Positions 25,375 through 37,330 of a stretch of DNA of 64,000 nt are shown here, in pieces. This DNA is from Tricharina praecox (taxonomy: Eukaryota). The DNA lies in assembly GCF_024521635.1 (NCBI RefSeq), contig NW_026250404.1, positions 1,054,001 to 1,118,000 on the forward strand, read 5' to 3'. The notes below the pieces were generated by a model. It was not told where the DNA came from. It made no database searches and saw only the letters and a list, made by a program, of their open reading frames with translations. Every line of letters begins with the position of its first letter. Within the stretch, counting starts at the first letter, position 1. Made by a program: the position numbers and the translations under genes.

Positions 25375-26785
25375 CCATATCGAGCCGTGTACTAAAGTCA
25401 AAAGCATTATGGCAGCCACATATGAGAAAAGTCTCGTCATAAAATAAGGCTTAGTCAGGGTTTTCAAATTCCAGCTCTGATTGTTGAATATGGCTTCCAC
25501 AATCCTGAGTGCAGTGAAAATCAGTCCTGAATCGTAAGCCTTCTGCAACGACTACTGGCCGGCCGCCTTTGAAGCTCATAAGGGTTTCATATGGGCTCTG
25601 TAGGGAATTTTGAAAAATAAGGATTAGTAAGGCTTATACGCTCATAAGTATTCCCTAATGACTTCTTCTGCAACAAGCCTCATCTCTTGCAATGCCTATC
25701 ACTTATCGATACTCTTCATTTCAAGATGACTATCACTTGTTCCGTACCCTTATACACCTAAACTACTCTTCTTCCCCGCTTCCCAGTCCCCCGCCACCAT
25801 TCCCGTACCGTCTCCCGCTCACCATAGTACTGTGTTCCCGTACTCCTCGTCGTGGATAACTTGCTGGTATCGAGGGAAGGAAGTGGAGGAAGTGATGCAG
25901 GAGCTGTCAGCGAGACGATGAAGTGATGGGGGAGCTGTGGACAAGAGGAGGAGCTGTCAGCAAGGCCATAAAGTGATGGAGGACCTATGTTCGACTGGAC
26001 GGACGATTCCCAGGCCTGGTGATGGGAGAGCTGTAGGCGAGAGGAGAAGCTGTTAGAAAGATGAGGATGAGTCGTTAGAAAGATAAGAGGACGGGCCGTG
26101 GGCTCGAAAGTTTTAAACTGAAAAATAAGCTTCATCATATCTGTCTTCAGAAAACTCTGCGCCTAACCATACGTTAGGACATTATCTGGCGGGTTTGATT
26201 CTGTTTGAGCTGCCTCTCTCTCTCTTATCACCATCTACAGAATACCTAGACGTTCAACCTCCCACCTCCGCTCTCTCCTCTCCACCCGCCGCCGCCGGTG
26301 TCAAGCAGGCTGATTTTCGCATATGCACTACTAACTCATAAGAGTGATAGAACCCATAGGTTTGAATAAGACTCATCGGAGGCTTGTATAATGCTTTGAA
26401 CAAATCGAGCGTGTGGAGCTCTAAGGATTTTCTGCCTCGAACTAATATATGCCATAATGCTTCAAAAAGCCTGCCAGTCTCACAGTCATTATTGTACGGC
26501 AGTGCTGTGAATCTCAACAATGACAATATAGGCCTCAAGAAAGCTATAAGGCTCACAGAGTGAGAAGGCTGATTTATGCGATGGTGGTTTTCGCTGCATA
26601 GGCATTATGTCGGAGTTACGACAATTTTAGGGAAATGAGAACATCAGCCGTATTTTGACATAGCCCTTACGGAGGCCTCACGAGTTCAACGCGCTTATAG
26701 CTGGATTATACGATGACTATTTTATTTCGTAGGCCTATTCAAGCCCTACATAAGGCTAACGACATTAGTACACGGCTCGATATGG
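25375..26785. mobile_element. Non-autonomous DNA transposon (~1.4 kb) with 25-bp terminal inverted repeats and subterminal repeats
   Basis: Left CCATATCGAGCCGTGTACTAAAGTC (25375-25399) versus right GACATTAGTACACGGCTCGATATGG (26761-26785): 24/25 reverse-complement match. AT-rich arms carry repeated TAAGGCT and CTCATAAG motifs. No transposase ORF; target-site duplication unresolved. Confidence 0.75.
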
Positions 26786-27552
26786 TATATATACTATACT
26801 CTAATTGCCACACGGCTGCTTCGTTTTTAACTTTATTTAACCAGTGGTTGCATACGACCTATTTCCGACCTAGATCATCGTGGTACATATACACACCGGT
26901 TCCCGTCGTAAATTGGAATGGATCCGTATTACGAAGCATTAGATCATGTACACGTGCAGTCGAGCTTAGCAAGATAAGCCTCGGCAAAGTTTTTGTGGCG
27001 GGTGGAAGTTTGCTACGGGCTCATCATGTGCCAATACTGGAAATCGAGGAATATATACCTATGTCTCCGTACGGCTTCCCCGAACGGCTGAATGAAAACC
27101 ATCGCAGTTTCATCGCGGCGTCCTGGAACCTGCTGGATTCGGTATTGGCCATTCGATCAAGTCGTAAAGATCAAGAACACGAATACGCGTGAAACGTGGA
27201 CTAGCAACGGACTTGTGGAGATTTCTAGCTATGGAAGGAGATGTGATTCCTTTTCACCCTGATTGCCATGATCATCCGTATATCCGCCCTGTGTTATCCG
27301 TATCTATTACCCTCTTGAGCAAGTTTTGTCTTGGTATTCAGTGAAAGTCCACTTTCCCAACCGATCCGTACACCGGACGGCGGAAGTACCTGTCGGAATG
27401 GACTTGTGCCTTCGGCTCGCTTCCCTCGCTCGTGGGGAGCACCGTGCACATACCAGAGCATCACGCCATTGAGATGCCTATCGGAGCCTTGCGAAGCTGC
27501 TCCACGGTTGACCGTGCACCAGTGGATGACTTATGGAGATGCTGCATGCATT

Positions 27553-27818
27553 GTCGACTCACCAAGAGCAATCGATCCCATGGATTTCGTAGCCATCGTC
27601 AGCGCAATATCAATGTGAGCTTCGATCTCAAATCGTCGACTCGCCATGACCAATCAATCTCACAGAGTTCGCAGTCATCGTCAGCACAGTATCAATGCGA
27701 GCTTTGATGGTACTGCAATGTCGACTCACCAGGAGCAATCGCACACACATTCCATAGCAATCTCGAGTCAATATCGACTCGAGCTATAGTACATTGTAGA
27801 CCCACCAGTAGCAAACCT
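27553..27818. repeat. Degenerate ~80-bp tandem repeat, ~3.3 copies, each starting GTCGACTCACCA-like
   Basis: Unit starts near 27553, 27635, 27720 and 27796; shared internal CATCGTCAGC.CA.TATCAATG.GAGCTT in copies 1-2. Confidence 0.7.
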
Positions 27819-29256
27819 CCATCACGCGGATAATTCGATACGAGAAGCCAAGGAAAATAAGCATTGATTTCTGTCGAAATACGGTACTGAGATGACGGAA
27901 CTCGGAAAATCTATGGTACCGGACGGTACGATTGATACCCGCCGAAAGGTAGTAGATACCGGGGGTGTCATCGAACAGTCAGCTAGGTAGTTATGTCGAC
28001 TAGATCGGCAGCCATGACAGCTTATGCCAACTTTCGAACCAGACGGATTCCTCTGAATATTTCCATGAGTGACTTCCTGTGCTTCCGCCGGATAGATCGA
28101 TCTAGTGTTTCGGAAATCGGTGTCGGGGGTATACTAAGTGGTTATCTCCGGCGCGAGCATAACCCACCAAAGGAGAGACGTCCTGCTTTACCGCTGACAA
28201 ATGTGAAATTAGCGTTTTCCCTCCTCGCGATCGGTGCCGTACCGCAAACTTTGCTGCTTGATACGGACAAGCGTGGGGGCTAGAGTGGAGTAGATGTCAT
28301 TACTTAGCCCTGGATGGGGGAGAAAAAGAAGGAAAGTCTTCGGCTGCTTCCGACGGGGGATTACGCCAGAAACGTGGAAGGACGCGCAAAGGCCTACCGG
28401 CAAGGAAAGTTTGGTTGAAGTTGATGATACGAAGGGGAAGTGGGGCCGGCGCTGCTTGCCGGGACTGTGGTCCTGTATGCGTGCCCAGACTTCTGTCTTG
28501 GTGTACCTACTCTATCTTGTATCGGTTGCAACCTTGAGCATCCTTTTCCAACTCAATTTCTTGCCCGCGACAGCACAATCGTTAATTTATTGCGACGAAG
28601 AATTGACTGAAATGCCAAAGCTCGGTACGTCGTACTACCTCCTTTATATCCGCGTCGGTGTTCGTGGATACATCCGGTGCTAGGTAGTTCGAAGCGCTCC
28701 CTGACAATTCATGACCGGGCCTGAAGCTAAGAGAATAAGCGCGCCCGGCACATCGGCACTGGAAGCACCAGAGAAGGTTCAGATTCCGCAGCTACTCTAA
28801 AGCTAAGGTAAGCGGCCTTGCCCCGGTGTCCTGAATCAGCTCGGGTGGATTCAAGCTACGTTGGACGGTGGCTATATAGGTACTCTACTTGATCGACAGA
28901 CGCGGACTGGTTGGATCCACTCGACGCTGCCAAGAGTGGAAATGCTTCCGCCAGATGCGACTGAAGACTCTGATATGTAACAGTACCGTCTGTGAGCTCA
29001 AGGAGTCAAGGATGGCAATTCACACGGTCTTTCGGACTTTTGAGAATACCGATGATTATTCGTACCACGCGTCCGGCTCCGAAGAGACCGATATGGTCGG
29101 CTACTTGAGTAGCATCTGGCATTGAATGGCAGTCGGAATTGTTCTTTGCACGGGTAGTGGTGTCTCTCGACGCTAAAATTTTTGGTGGTGGGTTTTTTCC
29201 TGATCCCAACGATCTTTCTTCTTCCCACCACCAAGATGGAGAGGAGGTCAAAGCTT

Positions 29257-29387
29257 CGGTACGTACCGACTACGCACGGCCCTACTTACACTTGCGATGC
29301 CCTCGGCTTCCACGGAACTTTTGTGCTCCTTTCTCAGTAATCCGGCTTAAGGGTATCCGTGTTATGTATTCACCAGGCTTCCGTGAA
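29257..29387. promoter_or_regulatory. Cluster of candidate Zn2Cys6 sites upstream of the ABC transporter, including a PDRE-type TCCACGGA
   Basis: CGG-N6-CCG palindrome at 29257-29268; TCCACGGA (reverse complement of yeast PDRE TCCGTGGA) at 29309-29316; CGG-N11-CCG at 29343-29359; TCCGTGAA at 29380-29387; all 285-415 bp before the ATG. Function is inferred. Confidence 0.4.
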
Positions 29388-29670
29388 ATTGATCCTTCAT
29401 CCGCTACTCTAGTGCTTGCCATCCACATTATTCTTATCTCCGTATTTTTGGTGCCGCCGGCCGCAGCCCCGAGGAAGTAATATTGCTATAAGGCCCCTTC
29501 CGTCACCTTTACGACCAGGGCTTTAATTGCTATCCCACGAGTTCAATCCATTCGCTTCTGGCCGGATCTCTACTCGAATATATACCACAACACCGCACCT
29601 ACCTATCAACCAACGTTCAGAAATCGACAACCACACACCGCAAAACACGATCCCCTCACATCACACCTGG

Positions 29671-32600
29671 ATGGCTGATCCGGTCAAATCCCACAGCTCC
29701 GGTGGGTCAACAGCCTCGGACGACACCGTCTTCGAAGACATCCACCGGCGAGAGAACCTCAACACCGCAAATCCCCGTGGAAGCTCGAATATTTCCCAAG
29801 GTGTCGATGTCGAAGCTGCCGAACATGAGTTCCGTGAGCTCAGCTTGCAGATGTCCCGGATCTCAAAGACGGCAAGCGGTAGCCACATCTCAAGGGTCCA
29901 AAGCCACCGGGATGCGGCCCGTGCCACCGATCCGGAGAAGGCCGGTGTCCAGGACGACGTGGCCGAGCAATTCGACCTCGAAGATCATCTGCGTGGAAAC
30001 GAGTCTTCGGAGAGGGAGGCAGGTATCAGGCAGAAGCGAGCTGGTATGTTATCATCTTGGGCGATTGCCTTTTTCCTTCACGAGTTCGAAATTAATGTTT
30101 GTACACAGGTGTAATATGGCAAGACTTGACGGTCTCTGGTATTGGCGGTATGAAGAACCTCGTTAGGACGTTCCCCGATGCGGTCGTTAGCTTTTTCAAC
30201 ATTTATGATACAATAAAGTCAATCATCGGAATGTCATCCGGCGGAGAGGAGGTCGATATCTTGAAGAATTTCAAGGGTGTCCTGCAGCCTGGCGAGATGT
30301 GTCTGGTCCTTGGCCGTCCTGGCTCTGGCTGCACTACCTTCTTGAAGGTCATCGCAAATCAGCGTTTCGGATACACCAAGGTCGACGGCGAAGTCATGTA
30401 CGGACGGTTTTCGGCGGACACTTTCAGCAAGAGGTATCGTGGTGAAAGTGTTTACAACGAGGAGGATGATGTTCACAACCCCACCCTTACTGTTAAGCAG
30501 ACGTTGGAGTTCGCGCTGGATACCAAGACACCTCGTAAGAGGCCCGCCGGAATGTCCAAGCAGGATTTCAAGGAAAATATTGTCAATTTGTTGCTGAAGA
30601 TGTTCAATATCACGCATACCAAGAACACCGTCGTTGGAAACCAGTTTGTCCGTGGTGTATCCGGTGGTGAGAGGAAGCGTGTCTCCATTGCGGAGATGAT
30701 GATCACCAAGTATGTTTCCCCCCATCACCGTCGAATATTCGGTTGAACGAGAACTGACCCAATTTTTCTGTAGGGCTGCTGTGTGCAGTTGGGATAACAG
30801 TACTCGTGGCTTGGATGCTTCTACAGCTTTGGACTACGCCAAATCTTTGAGGATCATGACGAATGTTTACCAAACCACCACTTTCGTTTCGCTGTACCAA
30901 GCTTCGGAGAGCATCTATCAACAATTCGACAAAGTTCTCGTTATCGACAGCGGCCGCGAGGTCTACTTTGGACCTACAAAGGGAGCTCGTTCTTACTTTG
31001 AGGGTCTTGGATTCGCTCCGAAGCCCCGCCAGACTACTCCGGACTACCTCACTGGTTGCACCGACGAGTGGGAGCGCGACTTCGCCGAAGGCCGAGATGA
31101 AACCAACGTTCCAACTACCCCGCAAGGCCTCGAAGACGCATTCCACAACAGTCCGCAATTCGCCGCTCTGGAACACGAGATGGCACAGTACCGTGAGAAG
31201 CTCCGCGAGGAGCAACACGTGCATACCGATTTCGAACTCGCTGCACGTGATGAGAAGCGTCGTGGTGCGCGCGCCGAATCCGTCTACACTGTCCCATTCT
31301 ACATGCAAGTCTGGGCATTGATGAAGCGGCAGTTCCTGCTCAAGTGGGGTGACAAGTTCAGCTTGGCCGTCTCTTGGGCTACTTCGATCATTATTGCCAT
31401 CGTCTTCGGTACCGTCTATCTCAACCTCCCGGAAACCTCGAGCGGAGCTTTCACTCGTGGTGGTACACTCTTCATGTCTCTTCTGTTCAATGCTTTCCAG
31501 GCGTTCTCCGAGTTGGCTAGTACTATGACTGGACGAGGGATTGTCAACAAACATCGGGCGTATGCTTTCCACAGGCCATCGGCACTCTGGATAGCACAAA
31601 TCTGCGTCGACGTGGTATTTGCCGCGCCGCTCATTTTCGTGTTCTCTTGCATCACATATTGGATGTGCGGGTTGGCTCAAGATGCTGGGGCGTTCTTCTT
31701 ATTCTGGATTCTTATCGTTTGCGGATACCTGGCAATGACGCTGTTCTTCAGAACCGTGGGATGTGTTTGCCCTGACTTCGATTATGCCCTCAAGTTTGCT
31801 TCGGTAAGTTTACCTCCATGATTTCGGTACTCAAATCACACTAACACTCGATAGCTCGTTATCACTCTCTTCGTTCTCACGTCCGGCTATCTACTGCCCA
31901 TGCCCGCACAAGGAAAGTGGATCTCTTGGATCTTCTACATCAACGGGCTCGGCCTTGGGTTTTCGTCCCTCATGATGAATGAGTTCAAGCGTGTCGACTT
32001 TAAGTGTGGCCCCGAGGCACTGATTCCATCCGGACCTGGCTATGGCAATCTCGATCACCAGACTTGCACACTCCCTGGTGCCCAAGCCGGATCGGACATG
32101 ATCATCGGCAGCGACTACGTCAAGACCAGCTTCTCGTACGACCCAGCCGATCTGGGCCGCAACATCGGTATCCTCGTGGCCTTGATCATCGGTTTCCTCA
32201 TTTCCAACGCGCTTCTTGGAGAGTACTTCACCTACGGTGCCGGCGGAAAGACGGTTACCTTCTTCTCGGGAGAGAATGCCGAGCGGAAGAAACTCAACCA
32301 GGCGCTGGTTGAGAAGCGGGAAGCACGCCGACTCAACAAGTTTGGTGATGCGGAGGAATCGGCGCTCATCATCGACTCGAAGTCTGTATTGACTTGGGAG
32401 GATCTGTGTTACACGGTGCCTGTGCCCGAAGGAGAGATCCAACTTCTGAACCACATCTTCGGATACGTTAAGCCTGGACAGTTGACCGCGTTGATGGGTG
32501 CTTCGGGAGCCGGAAAGACGACATTGCTCGACGTGCTGGCTAGCAGGAAATCTATCGGTGTTATTGCTGGTGACGTCTTGGTTGACGGAAAGCCAAAGGG

Positions 32601-34330
32601 TGTTGCATTCCAGCGTGGTACTTCGTATGCCGAGCAACTGGATGTTCACGAGCCCACGCAGACTGTTCGCGAAGCACTTCGATTTTCGGCTTACCTCAGA
32701 CAACCGTTCGAGGTCCCCATCGAGGAGAAGAATGCCTACGTCGAGGAAGTTATCGCCCTGCTTGAGATGGAGAACATCGCGGACGCAATCATCGGAAACC
32801 CCCAGAGTGGACTTGCTGTGGAGGAAAGAAAGCGTGTTACTATCGGTGTCGAGCTGGCTGCAAAGCCTGAGCTTTTGCTTTTCCTTGATGAGCCAACGTA
32901 AGTCGAGTTATCCCCCACGATCAACCGGCATTATTCTAACAATCCATTCTAGCTCCGGTCTCGACTCTCAGTCTGCCTATAACATTGTTCGATTCTTGAA
33001 GAAACTGGCCAATGCTGGACAAGCGATTCTTTGCACCATTCATCAGCCCAACGCCAGCTTGTTCGAGAACTTCGATCGTCTGCTCTTGCTCCAGCGCGGT
33101 GGTGAATGTGTCTACTTTGGTGACATCGGAAAGGACGCCGCATCTCTGTTGGCCTACTTCGAGAAGCACGGTGCCCACTGTCCTCCCGACGCCAATGTCG
33201 CCGAATGGATGCTCGACGCAATTGGAGCCGGACAGGCAGCGCGTATTGGAAACCGTGACTGGGCTGACATCTGGCGTACATCGGAGGAACTGGCCAACGT
33301 GAAGGCGCAAATCTCGCAACTCAAGGAGGAGCGAGTCGCCGCGATCGGAGCCGTACCAGCAGTCATCCAGAACCAGTACGCCACACCGTTCGGTTACCAG
33401 CTCATGCAGGTGATGAAGCGCACGAACCTCGCATTCTGGAGGACGCCAAACTACGGATTCACCAGACTGTTCAACCACGTCGTTATTTCCCTCTTGACCG
33501 GTCTCGTATTCCTGCAGCTCGACGACTCCAGGGCGAGTCTGCAGTACAGGGTTTTCGTCATCTTCCAGGTCACCGTCTTGCCGTCCTTGATTCTTGCCCA
33601 GGTAGAGCCCATGTACGACATGGCTCGCTTGATCTCGTACCGCGAACAATCTAGCAAGATGTACCAGCCGCTCGCGTTCACGCTTTCCATGGTCGTTGCC
33701 GAAATCCCGTACTCGATTCTCTGCGCGGTCGCCTTCTTCGTCTGCATCTACTTCCCGACCGGCATGTCCGCCGACTCCGACCGCGCCGGATACCAATTCC
33801 TGATGATTCTGGTGTGCGAGATGTTCTCGGTGATCCTAGGCCAAGCCGTAGCCGCGCTGACCCCCAACTTCTTCATCGCCTCGCTGCTGAACCCGTTCAT
33901 CATCATCGTCTTCGCCGTGTTCTGCGGAGTCACGATTCCCAAGCCCAACATTCCCGGCTTCTGGCGCGCATGGCTCTACGAGCTCGACCCGTTCACGCGC
34001 CTCATCGGCGGCATGGTGGTCACCGAGCTGCACGACATGCCCGTGGTCTGCAGCGGCAACGAGTACAGCCAGTTCCTTCCGCCCGCCGGCCAGACGTGTG
34101 GCGAGTACGCCGGCAGCTTCATGGCGAGCGCCCCCGGTTACATCCGCAACCTCAATGCCACCGACGTGTGCCAGTACTGCGCGTACAAGGTCGGTGACGA
34201 GTTCTTTGGACCCCTCGACTTGAGCTTTGACAATCGCTGGAGGGACATGGGTATCTTCATCGCGTTCGTCGGCAGCACGCTGATCATCTTGCTGGCGGCG
34301 TCGAAGTTCTTGAATTTCTCCAGGCGGTAG
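29671..34330 (+). CDS. Full-size pleiotropic drug resistance (ABCG/PDR) transporter, NBD-TMD-NBD-TMD, 5 exons, ~1474 aa
   Basis: Exons 29671-30043, 30109-30709, 30774-31803, 31855-32897, 32953-34330 give 4425 nt in frame. Degenerate NBD1 Walker A GRPGSGCTT, VSGGERKRVSIAE, WDNSTRGLD; NBD2 GASGAGKTT, LAVEERKRVTIGVEL, FLDEPTSGLD, CTIHQP; PDR extracellular Cys motifs. Confidence 0.96.
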
Positions 34331-34757
34331 TGGAGCCACGGTCACCCAGACGTGTTTATGTTTTTAAAATTTCTTGCTATTTTTCTTTCTTGTATATCTT
34401 TTGCAGCATAGGGTGTATGTGTGTGTATGTATGTGTATGTGTGTGTCTCATGTATGTGTGTGTGGGGGGGATGTGATGAGTGTTGGAACGTTTAGACGGA
34501 GATCTCGGAGTAATGATTGGTGCAACTTTTTTTTTCTCTGGAAGTACGGATAGATAGACAAGTATATTTGACTAACATAATGATGATGCCCACGGGGTGG
34601 AAGTTCGAATCAAGAGTTTTTTCCCTGTCAGTAATAACGACGATCACCGGCTGAGAAAGAGGAAGCCCGAGATAGTCATGGGGTCGCACTCGCACCGATG
34701 AACGTGGGGGCCGAATGTTAAATCAAGAAAAAGATGGCGCCCTCCTATGTATGTAAT

Positions 34758-35556
34758 GTGTCCATCCGTGGCCAGAAGCGCGTGCTACCCAGGTCCCAAA
34801 TCCCACTCCCCGATGCCGGCGTGGAATATTACAGCTTGTCGGTAACTAATGTATAGCCAGGGGGGGTAAAAGATGTGGTAGTGCTAACGTATCTCTAAGA
34901 AAATGCTAATAATATCGTATCAGTACGGTCAAACTACGTGTTTTTTACGCCCTGATACGATATCAAAATGCGTCCAGTGGGGAAAAAATACATATTTTTT
35001 ACCCCCCCTTGACTAGAGTATACAGTACCAACTAAAGCAGGTTATTTCTTGGCCGTGACTTTGCTCGCCGCGTGCACATCCGGGAGTCCGGGACCGGGGG
35101 AGGAGTATAGATTATGTATATACATCTCTTGAATCTCGGGCCAGCTGCTACATAGGTCTCGTAGCACGGGGAGACACCACGGTGCATCAAGGATATGCGG
35201 TTGAATTCCCTACGATGTGCGTACCTATGTCTACTATGTCTACAGACTACTACTATATATCTGTGAGATGCGGTGTGATGGGTGCATCATCGGCGTTACT
35301 ATCCCTTTGGGATACCTAGACAAAGTACCCAAGAGGTATGTACCTACGTGTGCTTGCGTGCGTGCCTGCGTGCGTGCCTGCGTGCGTGCGTCGTCACGGG
35401 AAGCAAGCAGTGCATGAGCCGCCCCTTCCCACTCCCGAGTCCCCCCCCCCTCCATCCAACCCCTACTCGTTTTACTCTATCTACTCTACCGTAGTCAACG
35501 CCGTCCCCCGGGTGGTTGGGGGCACTGGGGGACATCGAAGCGAGTGAGCGTGTGTG
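34758..35556 (+). repeat. Left arm of a long diverged inverted repeat (partner 51370-51967)
   Basis: Colinear reverse-complement blocks, e.g. 35261-35302 CTGTGAGATGCGGTGTGATGGGTGCATCATCGGCGTTACTAT vs 51604-51645; 34758-34850 vs 51878-51967; 35495-35515 vs 51405-51425. Confidence 0.85.
34856..35013. mobile_element. 158-bp MITE with ~22-bp imperfect TIRs, flanked by TA on both sides
   Basis: TA|GCCAGGGGGGGTAAAAGATGTG ... CATATTTTTTACCCCCCCTTGAC|TA; internal inverted pair ATATCGTATCAG/CTGATACGATAT; absent from the homologous position of the right arm (~51870). Confidence 0.8.
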
Positions 35557-35814
35557 CACGGGTAGACAATGCCATGATCTAGATAAGGTCGCACGCAATT
35601 AATGATGAAACAAAAAACAAAGCCAGCTGTGGAGCCTGGAGGCGATAATCCCTTAGGATGAACTTCAGCAGCAAGGGAAGGGAAGGGAGGAAGCAAAACG
35701 TACATAGGTACGGCGAGGGACACAAATCCCCCCTACCTACACAGGAGGTGAGACGATATACAGATGGATCCACCACGACTGGAGGATGTGGCGGCGGGCT
35801 AGGCTATGGCGATG

Positions 35815-35930
35815 TGATGGGGGAGCTGTTGGCGAGACGGGGAAGTGATGGAGGACTCAGGTTGTCGCCTGTCAGCGGGAGGAAGCGAATATGGTTAACA
35901 GTGGGCATCAACGTTAACACTTGGTCGTCC
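35815..35930 (-). repeat. Dispersed repeat family, copy C
   Basis: Reverse complement reads GACGACC..AACGTTGATGCCCACTGTTAACCATATTCGCTTCCTCCCGCTGACAG..GAGTCCTCCATCACTTCCCCGTCTCGCCAACAGCTCC, matching 49177-49330 and 23532-23600. Confidence 0.65.
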
Positions 35931-37126
35931 AGGTACCAGCACTCCGCTGCTCCGGTGCGGCGGCTTGAGGGTACCGTATCTGCTCGCTGTAAATACATGG
36001 GGTGTTCGTGCCGGGAGAACCGGCAACCCGGCTGTGCGATCCCCTTTCAGCTTTCAGCATCGGCACACCCCCGGGCCCATAGCCATAGTCCATCACTCGC
36101 CCCCCACCACACCTGCTCGGCCAATCCAGTCCAATCCAGTCCAATCCAATCCTCGCTTCGTTCCCCCCTCTTTGCCTCCTTAGGAATGTTATATAAGAGT
36201 TTTGTGACATCTCATTCTACGTGGCTGGCTTATATAATCTGGGGGGCAGTTCCAACTTCACTGACTCCGAAGCCTCTAGCTTAGTCGGCCGGGGCCGGAA
36301 CGGCTGTGAAGTGTTTTCGCGGGGCGCTCTTGTAGCCGGCCGTCCGTTCCCGTCCCCGTCCTTGTCCCCGTTCTCGTCCTCGTCGAGTTGACCGGTGGAA
36401 GAAACAAAGTCCCCGTCGCCAAAAAAAATAAAAAAACGATTATCTAAGCACCGTACCAACCCGGATAAATCTCTGCATCTGGAGGTATTTCCCCCCCAGT
36501 TGGTGCCTGCCGCGCTTCAGCACGGTTGCAATTCGTCGGTCAATCGCTTGGAGTGCGTCCGTCCCAGTCACCAAACCAGTGCAGACATCCGAAAAAAGAG
36601 CTCCACTTAGTTAACTAGCTTCGACCATCCCATTCTCCGCGTCAAAGATGCCGAGGGTTTACGGAGGCGGAGAATTAGAGGTATTTCCGCCACCGAAGCT
36701 CTGTGTGGGTTCGCTAGATATATAAAACGGTGTTGATGCCCCCCCCTCCCCACGAGGGGAGTGGGAGTCAATGCCGGGATTCCCCGGTTCCCCGAATCGC
36801 ACCCGACGGACAGACGAACGACGAACGATCGAGACACAACGAAACACACCGCGGACTCGGACAAAGCGAATCGGTCAAACACATCTAATGCATACTCCTC
36901 GAGACTCTCCAAACAAACAAACAGCACGTCGAACGAATCTATCTTTTCCACGTCTTTTTTCTTCCAGTCCACGAAAAACCCGTTCCGATAGAACCACCGA
37001 TATATATACCATCTACAATCGCCCGCAAAAAGAGAAAACACAAAAACTCCGGTTCAACGCCCCAAATAAGGACCAAATATGGAATCTACATTACAAGCAA
37101 AGATACATGGGGGGATTATGGTGGTG

Positions 37127-37298
37127 TCAATAGGGCAGTTGTGGCGACAAAAAATCGAAGACGCCCATGCCGAAGTACTGCTGGCCATTGACTTCGTACA
37201 CCTGTCCCGGTTGTCCGTTGTGGATGTTCTCGGAGGGCTGGGGGTAGATCACTCCAGTCATCTGGGTGCCGGATGGTACGTGCTGCTGTTGCTGTTGC

Positions 37299-37330
<32 letters not shown>

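Noticed and set aside
30234..34345. Long antisense ORFs over the ABC transporter (also over PUP1, LYAR and patatin genes)
   Set aside because: Shadow ORFs caused by codon bias of the sense genes.
34580..34654. ATGATGA...CTGA spacing like a C/D-box snoRNA
   Set aside because: No terminal stem or recognisable rRNA guide; these short motifs are common.
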